Below are positions 1-9,129 of a stretch of 64,000 nt of DNA, in pieces. The position numbers and the translations under genes were made by a program. Under the pieces are notes generated by a model, which was not told where the DNA came from, made no database searches, and saw only the letters and a program-made list of their open reading frames with translations. Source of the DNA: Alphaproteobacteria bacterium (GTDB taxonomy: Bacteria; Pseudomonadota; Alphaproteobacteria; GCA-2731375); the NCBI GenBank assembly GCA_965232515.1, contig CBDDPY010000002.1, positions 4,800,001 to 4,864,000 of the forward strand, written 5' to 3'. Every line of letters begins with the position of its first letter. The first letter of the stretch is position 1.

Positions 1-827
1 TGACCGGTCTCCTTGTGCACCACGTGGACCGGCACGGCGGGCGGCTCGAAGTCTTCGAGCACCAGTTCGAGCGTGCCGGCCGCCAGTTGCGGGGCGATCA
101 TGTAGGACAGCACCCGGGTGATGCCGCGGCCGGCCATGGCGGCGGCGATGGTGGAATCGGCGTTGTTGGCCAGGAGCCGCGGCTGCGGCCGCACCCGCTC
201 GCGTCGGCCGTCGTCGTCGAAGCGCCATTCGCCGGCCGCCGTCATGTGGATGAAATCGATGGTGTCGTGGTCCGCGAGGTCGGCCGGCGTGCGCGGCCGG
301 CCGCGCGCCGCCAGGTAGGCGGGCGAGGCGCACAGCACCCGGCGCACGCTGCCGACCCGGATCGCCGACAGCGACGAGTCCGGCAGCTCGGCGATCCGCA
401 CGGCGATATCGACGCCTTCCTCCAGCAGCTGCACCACCCGGTCGACGAAGATCGCGGCGACCGAGATCCGCGGATAGCGGTCCAACAGGTCCAGCAGGAT
501 CGGCGCCACCTTCATGCGCCCGAACAGGACCGAGGCCGAGACGGTCACCCGGCCGCGGGGCTCGGCGTGCGCGCCGGCGGCGTGCCGGTCCGCCTCGTCG
601 AGCTCGGCAAGAATGCGTCGGATGTCGGCGAGATAGCGTTCGCCGGCCTCCGTCAGCCGCACCGAACGCGTCGTCCGGTGCAGCAGCCGCGCGCCCAGCC
701 GGGTTTCGAGCGCGGACACCGCGCGCGTCACCGATGCCGGCGACATGTCGAGCCGGCGCGCGGCGGCGGCGAAGCCGCCCTCCTCGGCCACGCGGGCGAA
801 GACAGCCATGGTTTGCAGGCGGTCCAT
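1..827 (-). CDS. LysR family transcriptional regulator (DmlR/CrgA-like), 3' end outside window
   Basis: Manual translation from ATG at 827: MDRLQTMAVFARVAEEGGFAAAARRLDMSPASVTRAVSALETRLGARLLHRTTRSVRLTEAG, a LysR HTH. Divergent from the VOC gene. Confidence 0.93.
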   Translation of the reverse strand, partial: MDRLQTMAVFARVAEEGGFAAAARRLDMSPASVTRAVSALETRLGARLLHRTTRSVRLTEAGERYLADIRRILAELDEADRHAAGAHAEPRGRVTVSASVLFGRMKVAPILLDLLDRYPRISVAAIFVDRVVQLLEEGVDIAVRIAELPDSSLSAIRVGSVRRVLCASPAYLAARGRPRTPADLADHDTIDFIHMTAAGEWRFDDDGRRERVRPQPRLLANNADSTIAAAMAGRGITRVLSYMIAPQLAAGTLELVLEDFEPPAVPVHVVHKETG

Positions 828-957
828 CGATTATTCCTGGATGCGAAATAGTCAGTTTCGGAATGACCATATTATATCGGAAACTGATCGATCTTAACTT
901 TATCCCCGTTAGGCCGCCCAAATTCGCGGGCGCCGCCAATCAGGGGAGATAAAGGAC

Positions 958-1368
958 ATGTCGAGCACTGCGCGCACCAAGGGCGCCCATCACATTGGTT
1001 TGACCGTGCCGGATCTGGCCCGGACCCGCGCCTTCTTTTTGGATACACTTGGGTTCGAGCAGGTCGGCGAGGTGCCGGACTACCCGGCCGTCTTCGTCAC
1101 CGACGGCGCGACCATGATTACGCTCTGGCAGGCTGCCGATCCGGAAAACGCCGTGGCCTTCGACCGCCGCAACGTCGTCGGATTGCATCACTTGGCCTTC
1201 AATGTCGGTGATGCCGATGCGCTGGCAGGATTGCACCGCACGCTCGCGACGACCGACGACGTCAAGATCGAGTTCGCGCCCGAGGCCCTCGGCGAAACGC
1301 CGCTCCGGCACATGATGTGCACGATCCCGGGCGGCATCCGCGTCGAATTCATCGCCGCCGGCGGCTGA
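958..1368 (+). CDS. VOC/glyoxalase family protein
   Basis: HHIGLTV...GLHHLAF...GIRVEF motifs; AAGGAC RBS upstream. Confidence 0.9.
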   Translation: MSSTARTKGAHHIGLTVPDLARTRAFFLDTLGFEQVGEVPDYPAVFVTDGATMITLWQAADPENAVAFDRRNVVGLHHLAFNVGDADALAGLHRTLATTDDVKIEFAPEALGETPLRHMMCTIPGGIRVEFIAAGG

Positions 1369-1406
1369 GTCGCCCGGCAGGCCGATCGAGGCAGGGAGCA
1401 AGCGCC

Positions 1407-3062
1407 ATGACCCAGGCCGCAACCCAAGACATTTCACCGTTTCACATCGGCGAGCAGGAAGTCCATGCCCGCCTCGGCGTGCGGGACATCGAGGACTGGG
1501 CCCGCAATGTGGTGCGGACCTACCTGCCCGAACAGCATCGGGACTTCCACACCGCGTTGCCGTTCCTGGTCACGGCCGCGCGCGATCGCGACGGCCGGCC
1601 CTGGGCCACGCTGCTGACCGGGCCGGACGGTTTCGTCAGGTCGCCCGATCCGCGATCGCTGCGGATCGACGCCAAGCCGGTCGGCGGCGATGCGCTCGCC
1701 GACGCCTTCGTTCCCGGCGCCGATGTCGGCATCCTCGGCATCGAGCTGGCGACGCGACGGCGCAACCGCGTCAACGGCCGCATCGCGTTGGACGATGGCG
1801 GCGTCGGCGCCATGGTCTTCGCGGTCGACCAGACCTTCGGCAACTGCCCGCAATACATCCGCGAGCGCGAATGGCAACGGGTCGAGGGCGTGCCGGCTGG
1901 CGCGCCGGTGCGCACCGATGCCCTGACGCCCACCCAGCGCGCCTGGATCGCCAAGGCCGATACATTCTTCATCGCCAGCGGCCATCGCGGCGTCGGCGAG
2001 AATCCGGCCTTCGGCATGGACGCCTCGCACCGTGGCGGCGATCCTGGCTTCATCCGGCTGGTCGGCGACCGGCGTCTCGTGTTCCCGGACTACGCCGGCA
2101 ACAACCATTTCAACACCATCGGCAATCTGGTGCTCGACCCGCGCATCGGCCTGCTGTTCGTCGACTTCGAGACCGGCAGCCTGCTGCAGCTCAGCGGCCG
2201 CGCCAGCATCGACTGGGATTCGCCGGCCGTAGCGCAGTTCCCCGGCGCCCGGCGGCTGGTCGTCGTCGATATCGACGCGGTCGTCGAGCTGCCATCTGCC
2301 GTGCCGCTGCGCTGGGATGCCAGCGCCGATTCCGTTCGCTCACTGCGCCTGGTCGAGAAGATCGCGGAAAGCGACGACGTCACCTCGTTCGTCTTCGAAG
2401 CCCGGGACGGCGGGCCGCTGGCCCCGTTCAAGGCCGGCCAGCACCTGCCGATCGAGCTCGAGGTGCCGGACCAGGATGCGGCCGTGCGCCGGACCTATTC
2501 GTTGTCGGGACCGGCCGCCGGCGACCGCTACCGCATCAGCGTCAAGCGCGAGCCGCTCGGGCTCGCCTCGCGCCATCTGCATGACGACCTGGAAACCGGC
2601 GCGATCATCAACGCCCGCAAGCCGGCCGGCGAGTTCCTGCTGCCCTGCAGCGAATGCCCGGTGGTGCTGGTCAGCGCCGGCGTCGGCCTGACGCCCATGG
2701 TCAGCATGCTGCACGATATCTCGGACGGCGACGACGACCGGCCGGTCTGGTTCGTGCACGGCGCCCGCGACGGCGCGCATCATCCGCTGGCGAGGGAGGT
2801 GCGCGCGTTGGCCGATACGCGTCCCGACACGCACCTGCACGTCGCCTACAGCCGGCCGCGGCCCGAGGACCGGCCCGACGCCGACTATGACAGCGAAGGC
2901 CGGGTCGACGGCGCGCTGCTGGCGGGTCTGGTCGGCGGCCATGACGCCCACTATCTGCTCTGCGGCCCGACCGCCTTCATGGCCGAGGTCCAGAGCGACC
3001 TGGAGCGCCGCGGCGTGCCGTCAGCCCAGATCCACACCGAGACCTTCGGACCGGTGGGCTGA
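1407..3062 (+). CDS. Pyridoxamine 5'-phosphate oxidase-like domain fused to FAD/NAD-binding ferredoxin-reductase domain
   Basis: SPFHxGEQ, DASHRGG, PDYAGN (PNPOx-like); RTYSLS, AGVGLTP, LCGP (FNR). No C-terminal 2Fe-2S domain. Start reassigned to ATG 1407 (GGGAG RBS). Confidence 0.88.
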   Translation: MTQAATQDISPFHIGEQEVHARLGVRDIEDWARNVVRTYLPEQHRDFHTALPFLVTAARDRDGRPWATLLTGPDGFVRSPDPRSLRIDAKPVGGDALADAFVPGADVGILGIELATRRRNRVNGRIALDDGGVGAMVFAVDQTFGNCPQYIREREWQRVEGVPAGAPVRTDALTPTQRAWIAKADTFFIASGHRGVGENPAFGMDASHRGGDPGFIRLVGDRRLVFPDYAGNNHFNTIGNLVLDPRIGLLFVDFETGSLLQLSGRASIDWDSPAVAQFPGARRLVVVDIDAVVELPSAVPLRWDASADSVRSLRLVEKIAESDDVTSFVFEARDGGPLAPFKAGQHLPIELEVPDQDAAVRRTYSLSGPAAGDRYRISVKREPLGLASRHLHDDLETGAIINARKPAGEFLLPCSECPVVLVSAGVGLTPMVSMLHDISDGDDDRPVWFVHGARDGAHHPLAREVRALADTRPDTHLHVAYSRPRPEDRPDADYDSEGRVDGALLAGLVGGHDAHYLLCGPTAFMAEVQSDLERRGVPSAQIHTETFGPVG

Positions 3063-3078
3063 CCCTCGGGCGCCCGGG

Positions 3079-3810
3079 TTACTGGGCGTCGATCGAGACT
3101 TCGACGCGCCGGTTGGCCGCGCGGCTGGCGGCCGTGTCGTTGGCGAACAGCGGCCGGCTGTCCCCGTGGCCCTGCGGCGTCAGGCGCGACGCCGGCAGCG
3201 CCGTGGTGTCGAGCCAGTAATGCACCACCGAGACCGCGCGGGCCGTCGACAGGTCCCAGTTCGAGCGGAAGCGTTCGGTCGCGATCGGCGTCGTGTCGGT
3301 GTGGCCGGCGACCAGGATATCGCCCTCGGTCCGTGCCAGCATGCGCGCCAGCTTGTCGAGCGCCGGCAGGATGCTGTCGTTCAGCGTCGCGCTGCCGGCC
3401 GGAAAGGCCACGGACTCAGGGAAACTGACGACGATGCTGCCGTCGCGCTCGGCGATCCGCAGCAGGCCGAGCGCCACCTCGCTCGCGAGCTGCCGTCGCA
3501 ACCGCCACATCAGCGGCGGCGTCTCGAATTCGGTGACGTCGGCCGGAACCGGCGGCAGGGGCACGACGACGACCGGCGCGTCGCGCAGGTGTGCGCGCTG
3601 CGGATTGCCGTCGCGCTCGATGATGCCGGCCAGTCGCCGCAGGTGGTCCAGCCCGAAAGCCTCGCGCATGGTGCCGGCGATCTGTTCGTAGCGCTTTGCG
3701 TCCATCACCGAAAACGACAGCATCAGCACGAACAGCGCCAGTAGCAGCGACATCATGTCGGCGAAGGTGACCATCCAGCTCGGCGCGCCGGCCGCCTTGC
3801 GCTTGGCCAT
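3079..3810 (-). CDS. motB: Flagellar stator B subunit (MotB/PomB), OmpA-like C-terminus
   Basis: WMVTFADMMSLLLALFVLMLSFS TM segment; GHTD, NWDLSTARA, NRRVE. Confidence 0.92.
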   Translation of the reverse strand: MAKRKAAGAPSWMVTFADMMSLLLALFVLMLSFSVMDAKRYEQIAGTMREAFGLDHLRRLAGIIERDGNPQRAHLRDAPVVVVPLPPVPADVTEFETPPLMWRLRRQLASEVALGLLRIAERDGSIVVSFPESVAFPAGSATLNDSILPALDKLARMLARTEGDILVAGHTDTTPIATERFRSNWDLSTARAVSVVHYWLDTTALPASRLTPQGHGDSRPLFANDTAASRAANRRVEVSIDAQ

Positions 3811-4619
3811 TATGCCGCCTTGCCGGTCGGCGCCGCCGGCGCATTCTCGGTCTTGGCCGGTGGCGCCTCCTGGTGACGCTGGTTCTCCGGCAGATAGACC
3901 TCCAGCAGCTCGGTCAGCACATCAGGGCTGTGCTTGGCGTGGATGCCGACGATGGCCTCGATGATCAGCGACTTGATCAGGCGGTCGTGCTGCGTCTTGG
4001 CCTCCAGCTTCTCGGCGATCGGCAGCGCCACCAGGTTCGCGATCAGCGCGCCGTAGAGCGTGGTCAGCAGCGCGATCGCCATGGCCGGGCCGATGGTCTT
4101 CGGGTCCTCCATGGTGCTCAGCATCTGCACCAGCCCGACCAGCGTGCCGATCATGCCGAAAGCCGGCGCCGAGTCGCCGATGCCCCGGAAGATCCGCTCG
4201 CCCACCTCCTGGCGCCCGGCGTCCAGGTTCATCTCCTTGGTCAGCGTCTCGCGGATCACGCCGATGTCGATGCCGTCGACGCAGAGCTGGATCCCGCGCT
4301 TGAAGAAGTCGTTGCGCACCGGCGCCTCGTCGAGCGCGAGAAAGCCGCTCTTGCGCACGACGCGACAGAGCTCGGCGGCCTGAGCGACGATCTCCGGCGC
4401 GTCGTCATGCGCGTTCCGGAACGCCGCCTGCAGCCCCACCTTGAAGGCGACGAAGACCTTCCGGATCGGGAACTTGATCAGCGTCGCCGCGAAGGTGCCG
4501 CCCAGCACGATCAGGAAGCCCGGCAGATTCAGGAACACCCAGAAGTCCGAGCCCACCAGCACGGCCATGGCCACGACGGCCATGCCGAGGATCAGGCCCA
4601 GGAGCGTCGCGATATCCAT
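3810..4619 (-). CDS. motA: Flagellar stator A subunit (MotA/PomA)
   Basis: GDSAPAFGMIGTLVGLV and ALLTTLYGA motifs; stop overlaps motB start. Confidence 0.92.
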   Translation of the reverse strand: MDIATLLGLILGMAVVAMAVLVGSDFWVFLNLPGFLIVLGGTFAATLIKFPIRKVFVAFKVGLQAAFRNAHDDAPEIVAQAAELCRVVRKSGFLALDEAPVRNDFFKRGIQLCVDGIDIGVIRETLTKEMNLDAGRQEVGERIFRGIGDSAPAFGMIGTLVGLVQMLSTMEDPKTIGPAMAIALLTTLYGALIANLVALPIAEKLEAKTQHDRLIKSLIIEAIVGIHAKHSPDVLTELLEVYLPENQRHQEAPPAKTENAPAAPTGKAA

Positions 4620-4634
4620 GCCGCCGCCGGTCCG

Positions 4635-5105
4635 TCAGGCGTCCGCGGCCGACAGGCTGCCGGCCCGGACGGCGGGCGAGGTCCAGTTATCCTGGTGCCG
4701 GCGGATGATTGCCGCCACATGGTCGGCGAGCTCCTTCGGCGCGATCGGCTCGGCGACCACCGCCTCGGCGCCGGCGTCATGGGCCTTGATCACGCGCTCG
4801 CGGTTCGGCTCCGGCGCCAGCGCGATCAAGCCGATCCGGCCATGGGCGCAGGCCGGCGACTGCGCCAGCGCGCGCAGCATGTCATCGGCTGCCTGACAAT
4901 CGCGGCCGAACTCGACGATCACCAGATGCGCCGGCTGGGCGGCGAATGCCCGCAGGCCGTCGGCCGCGCTGCGGACATAGCGCACGTCGCGGAGGCCCAG
5001 GCCGTGCAGGACCTGGCCGACGATCTGCCGCAGAAGCTCGTTGTCCTCGACCACCAGGACGACGATGTCCTGCGGGTCGATCTGGCCGGAAACGCTTGCC
5101 GTCAT
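4635..5105 (-). CDS. Single-domain response regulator, atypical (pseudo-)receiver
   Basis: VLVVEDN...LVIVEF...AGAEAVVAEP receiver fold; start reassigned to ATG 5105. Confidence 0.75.
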   Translation of the reverse strand: MTASVSGQIDPQDIVVLVVEDNELLRQIVGQVLHGLGLRDVRYVRSAADGLRAFAAQPAHLVIVEFGRDCQAADDMLRALAQSPACAHGRIGLIALAPEPNRERVIKAHDAGAEAVVAEPIAPKELADHVAAIIRRHQDNWTSPAVRAGSLSAADA

Positions 5106-5285
5106 GATGGAACGGGAACCCTGATACGGATACACCCCGCCGCGCGGCAGCACGGTGGGGAGCGTGCTATCGTGGCCCAAATCCACTGCGTTTCGATTAA
5201 CCAAATTGCGGGAAATTTGCAGGTTTGACGCGCGCAATGCTTGTGTGATCGTTTTACCGGCGACAAGCGGATGGGAGGACGGAGA

Positions 5286-6893
5286 ATGACCAAGGGCATG
5301 GTCTGCGCGCCGCAGCCGGAGGCGGTTGAGGCGGGAGCGCTGGCGCTGATGCGGGGCGGCAACGCCGTCGACGCGGCGATGACATGCGCATTGGTGCAGA
5401 CCGTGGTCGATCCGATGATGTGCGGCATCGCCGGCTTCGGCACGCTGCAGCTCTACCTGCCGGGGCGCGGCCACCACGGCTTTATCGACTTCCACACCAC
5501 GGCGCCGGCCGCGGCCACGGACGACATGTGGGCCGATCAGATCGAGGCCCAGTCCCGCGACGGCTTCGGCTTCATCCTGAAGAACCGGGCCAACGAATGC
5601 GGCTACCAGTCGGTCATGACGCCCGGCAGCCTCAAGGCCTTCGCCCAGGCCGTCGCCGACTACGGCACCTTCGACTGGCGCGACGTCGTCCAGCCCGCCA
5701 TCGACCAGGCGCGCGAAGGCTTCGTCGTCCGACCGCATTTCGACGAGTTCTGGAGCGCGTCCAACATCATGGGCCGCATGGCCATGGTCGATAAGCTGCG
5801 CCACACTCCGGCGGCGCGCCGGATCTATTTCGACGCCGACGGCAACACCTATCCCATCGGCGCGCGCATTCTGAACCCGGACATGGCGACGACGCTGGAA
5901 CGCATCCGCGACGGCGGCGCCGAGTTGTTTTATGGCGGCGAGCTCGGGCAGGAGATCGCCGCCGACATGGCCGCGCACGACGGCCTGCTGACGTCAGCCG
6001 ACCTCGGGTCGTACGAAACCGTGCGCTCGGAGCCGGTCTGGGGCGAATACCGTGGCCACCGCATCGCCTCCAGCCCGCCGCCGGCCGGCGGCGCCATGAT
6101 CGTCGAGATGCTGCAGATCCTGGAGCATTTCGATCTTGCCGCCATGGGCCACAACAGCCCCGACTACATCGCCACCGTCGCCGAGGCCATGAAACGCGCG
6201 ACCATCGACAAGGACGAGAAGCTGGGCGATCCCGCCTTCGACGACGTGCCGCTGTCGGACTTCCTCGACCGCGACCGGGCCGCGACGCTGGCCGCCCGCA
6301 TCCGGGCCGGCGAGAAGGCCAACGTCGTCCGCCTCGACGCGCCCGCCGAATCCAAGGACACGACCCATGTCGTCGTCGTCGACGAACACGGCAACATCGC
6401 CTCGATGACGCATTCGCTCGGCATGCCGTCGGGCGTCGTCAGCGACGGTCTCGGCTTTATGTATAACGGCTGCATGGGCGCCTTCGATCCGCGCCCCGGG
6501 ACGCCGCATTCGATCGCGCCGGGCAAGCGGCGCTTCACCGCCATGTGTCCGACCATCGTCTTCCGGGGCGACGATCCCTACATCGCGCTCGGCGCGCCGG
6601 GCGGCGCCTTCATCACCATGGGCGTGCTGCAGGCGATCCTGAACGTCATCGACTTCGGCATGACGATGACCGAAGCCGTGGCAGCCCCGCGCTTCACGGC
6701 CAACAGCAACACAACAGACGTCAGCAACCGCATTCCCCGCTTCGTCACCGACGAGCTGGAACGCCGCGGCTATCCGGTTGCGCGCAACCCGTTCAGCTAC
6801 GTCTTCGCCGGCGTGCACGGCATCCGCCTCGACGCCGGCCGCTGGGACGGCGGCGCGGACCCGGGCCGCGACGGCATGGCGCTGCGTGTGTGA
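5286..6893 (+). CDS. ggt: Gamma-glutamyltransferase
   Basis: GGNAVDAA, DTTH catalytic Thr, GAPGG. Confidence 0.92.
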   Translation: MTKGMVCAPQPEAVEAGALALMRGGNAVDAAMTCALVQTVVDPMMCGIAGFGTLQLYLPGRGHHGFIDFHTTAPAAATDDMWADQIEAQSRDGFGFILKNRANECGYQSVMTPGSLKAFAQAVADYGTFDWRDVVQPAIDQAREGFVVRPHFDEFWSASNIMGRMAMVDKLRHTPAARRIYFDADGNTYPIGARILNPDMATTLERIRDGGAELFYGGELGQEIAADMAAHDGLLTSADLGSYETVRSEPVWGEYRGHRIASSPPPAGGAMIVEMLQILEHFDLAAMGHNSPDYIATVAEAMKRATIDKDEKLGDPAFDDVPLSDFLDRDRAATLAARIRAGEKANVVRLDAPAESKDTTHVVVVDEHGNIASMTHSLGMPSGVVSDGLGFMYNGCMGAFDPRPGTPHSIAPGKRRFTAMCPTIVFRGDDPYIALGAPGGAFITMGVLQAILNVIDFGMTMTEAVAAPRFTANSNTTDVSNRIPRFVTDELERRGYPVARNPFSYVFAGVHGIRLDAGRWDGGADPGRDGMALRV

Positions 6894-6902
6894 CCGCCCG
6901 CG

Positions 6903-7610
6903 TCAGACCGACCGCGTGATGCCGCCGTCGACGCGGATGTTCTGGCCGGTGATATAGCCACCGCCGTCGGAGGCCAGGAAGGCGATGGTGTCGGCGATTT
7001 CCTGGACGTGCCCATAGCGCTGCATGGGGATCCGCGCGCGGAATTCCTCCTTCTCCGGCAGGCTGTCGATGAAGCCCGGCAGCACGTTGTTCATGCGGAT
7101 ATTGTCGGCGGCGTACTGGTCCGCGAACAGCTTGGCGAAGGCGGCAAGGCCCGAGCGGAACACGCCTGACGTCGGAAACACCGGGTCCGGCTCGAAGGCC
7201 GCGAAGGTCGAGATATTGATGATGGCGCCGGATTTCTGTTGCTGCATCACGGGCGTCACCAGGCGCGTCGGCCGGACCGCGCTCAACAGATAGACGTCCA
7301 TGCCGGTGTGCCAGTCCTCATCGGTCAGCTCCAGCACCGGCGCCCGCGGCCCATGTCCGGCGCTGTTCACCAGCACGTCGATCCGGCCCCATTTCTCGAC
7401 CGTTTGATCGACCAGCCGTTTCAGATCGTCGTTCGATTGGTTCGATCCCGTCACCCCGATGCCGCCGAGTTCGGCCGCCAGCGCCTCGCCCTTGCCCGAC
7501 GACGACAGCACCGCGACATGAAAGCCATCGTCGGCCAGCTTCCGCGCCGCGCCCGCCCCCATGCCGCTGCCGCCCGCCGTCACGACCGCCACCTTCCCGT
7601 TCGCCATCAT
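6903..7610 (-). CDS. SDR family oxidoreductase
   Basis: TAGGSGMG, VNSAG, VDGG. Confidence 0.9.
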   Translation of the reverse strand: MMANGKVAVVTAGGSGMGAGAARKLADDGFHVAVLSSSGKGEALAAELGGIGVTGSNQSNDDLKRLVDQTVEKWGRIDVLVNSAGHGPRAPVLELTDEDWHTGMDVYLLSAVRPTRLVTPVMQQQKSGAIINISTFAAFEPDPVFPTSGVFRSGLAAFAKLFADQYAADNIRMNNVLPGFIDSLPEKEEFRARIPMQRYGHVQEIADTIAFLASDGGGYITGQNIRVDGGITRSV

Positions 7611-7676
7611 CTGCTCCTGTTGACTGCGTTAGGATCGAATCGTGTTGCACATCGTCAACTGCGTGGTTGGATTGTC

Positions 7677-8033
7677 ATGCCCAAACAGCTGACTCCGAAA
7701 CTTGTCAAAGCATACGCTGATCACACATTTGCGTACGAAGCATTCAAACCCGACGGCAGGCTGCATATTGTTTGCCCGCAGTGCAGGTCATTGGTCCTGC
7801 TTTTTGAAGATTTGAGTCCCGCAGTCAAACGTGAAATTGCGGAGTTGCGGGTCCAGAATGCGGCTGCTGCGATCCGACGATTGCTACAGGCGACCCGCTG
7901 TGAACTTGCTCAGGCGAAAGCAAACGTCTTGCATATTCGTTTGGCTCAATCCCGATGCCATTGGTGCCGCTCTGCAGTTCCGGCCGGGGCGCTTCTTTGC
8001 GCCTCATGTTTCTCAGTGAACCTCGACTGGTGA
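7677..8033 (+). CDS. Hypothetical protein with three CxxC pairs (zinc ribbon-like), lower GC
   Basis: CPQC, CHWC, CASC; C-terminal part of ORF 7239..8033; codon usage differs from the flanks. Confidence 0.6.
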   Translation: MPKQLTPKLVKAYADHTFAYEAFKPDGRLHIVCPQCRSLVLLFEDLSPAVKREIAELRVQNAAAAIRRLLQATRCELAQAKANVLHIRLAQSRCHWCRSAVPAGALLCASCFSVNLDW

Positions 8034-8237
8034 CGTCGGAGGCCAAAGCAATTCTTGCTTCGGAATAACGGGACTTGCTGTCGCGGAATGCTCCCCACGC
8101 ACCTCCGATTTATCGCCGAAACAACTGAAACCTGACTGATACCAAAATCCCTTTGTCGCGGTGGTTGTGGCGTCTCACATGAGTCGAAGCCGGTCGGAAC
8201 GTCGGTCGGCAGAGGCTTCAAAAAGAGGCGAACGCCC

Positions 8238-9128
8238 ATGACCACCCTCATCGACCGCCCCGATGTGATCGCGCTCCATTGCTCCGGCGCCAGCGGCGCG
8301 CAATGGCGCCGGCTGGCCGAGAACCTCGGCCCCGACTACCGCTTTCACGCGCCTGACTTCTTCGGCTCGGGCGACGCCGGCCCTTGGCCGGGCGCGCGCG
8401 CCTTCACGCTAGCCGAGGAGGCGGCGCCGATTATTGATCTGATCGACCGCGGCGACCGGCCCGTGTTCCTGGTCGGCCATTCCTATGGCGGCGGCGTCGC
8501 GCTGCATATCGCCGCCGCGCGGCCCGATCGCATCGTCGGCCTGGCGCTGTACGAGCCCTCGGCCTTTCACTTGCTACGTACGGCCGGTCCATCCGCGGCC
8601 GCCGCTTTCGACGAGATCCGCGCCGTCAGCCGCGGCTGCGACGGCCACGTCCTGGTCGGCGACCTGAACGCCGCCGCCGCCGGCTTTGTCGATTACTGGA
8701 ACGGCCCGGGCGCCTGGACCGGCCTGAAGTCCGGGACGCGCGCGGCCCTGATGCGCTGGATCGGCAAGGCGCCGCTCGAGTTCCGGGCGCTGATCGACGA
8801 GACCACCGTGCCCGAGGCTTATCGCAATATTACCTGCCCGACGTTGATCCTGCGCGGCGGCCTGGCCCCCGCGCCGACGCGCGCCGTCGCCGCGCGGCTG
8901 GCTGCCCTGCTGCCGAACAACCGTTGCGCGGTCGTCAAGGGCGCCGGCCATATGGGCCCGATCAGCCACGCGGACGCGGTCAGCGCCCGCATCGCGGCGC
9001 AGATCCGGCGCACCGGTGCGCCGGTCGCGGCCGTCCCGGCCAACAACAACGATCCCGTCCCGCCGACGGGCGTCCGGCTCGATCCGGCTGTCGCGGCCGG
9101 GCCCTGGCGTCAGCCGTGGACTTGGTGA
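8238..9128 (+). CDS. Alpha/beta hydrolase
   Basis: GHSYGG nucleophile elbow; GAGHMGP. Confidence 0.9.
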   Translation: MTTLIDRPDVIALHCSGASGAQWRRLAENLGPDYRFHAPDFFGSGDAGPWPGARAFTLAEEAAPIIDLIDRGDRPVFLVGHSYGGGVALHIAAARPDRIVGLALYEPSAFHLLRTAGPSAAAAFDEIRAVSRGCDGHVLVGDLNAAAAGFVDYWNGPGAWTGLKSGTRAALMRWIGKAPLEFRALIDETTVPEAYRNITCPTLILRGGLAPAPTRAVAARLAALLPNNRCAVVKGAGHMGPISHADAVSARIAAQIRRTGAPVAAVPANNNDPVPPTGVRLDPAVAAGPWRQPWTW

Positions 9129-9129
9129 G

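Noticed and set aside
3079-4619. Zorya (ZorAB) anti-phage system
   Set aside because: The A subunit lacks the long ZorA tail, there is no zorC/D/E, and the motifs are flagellar-type.
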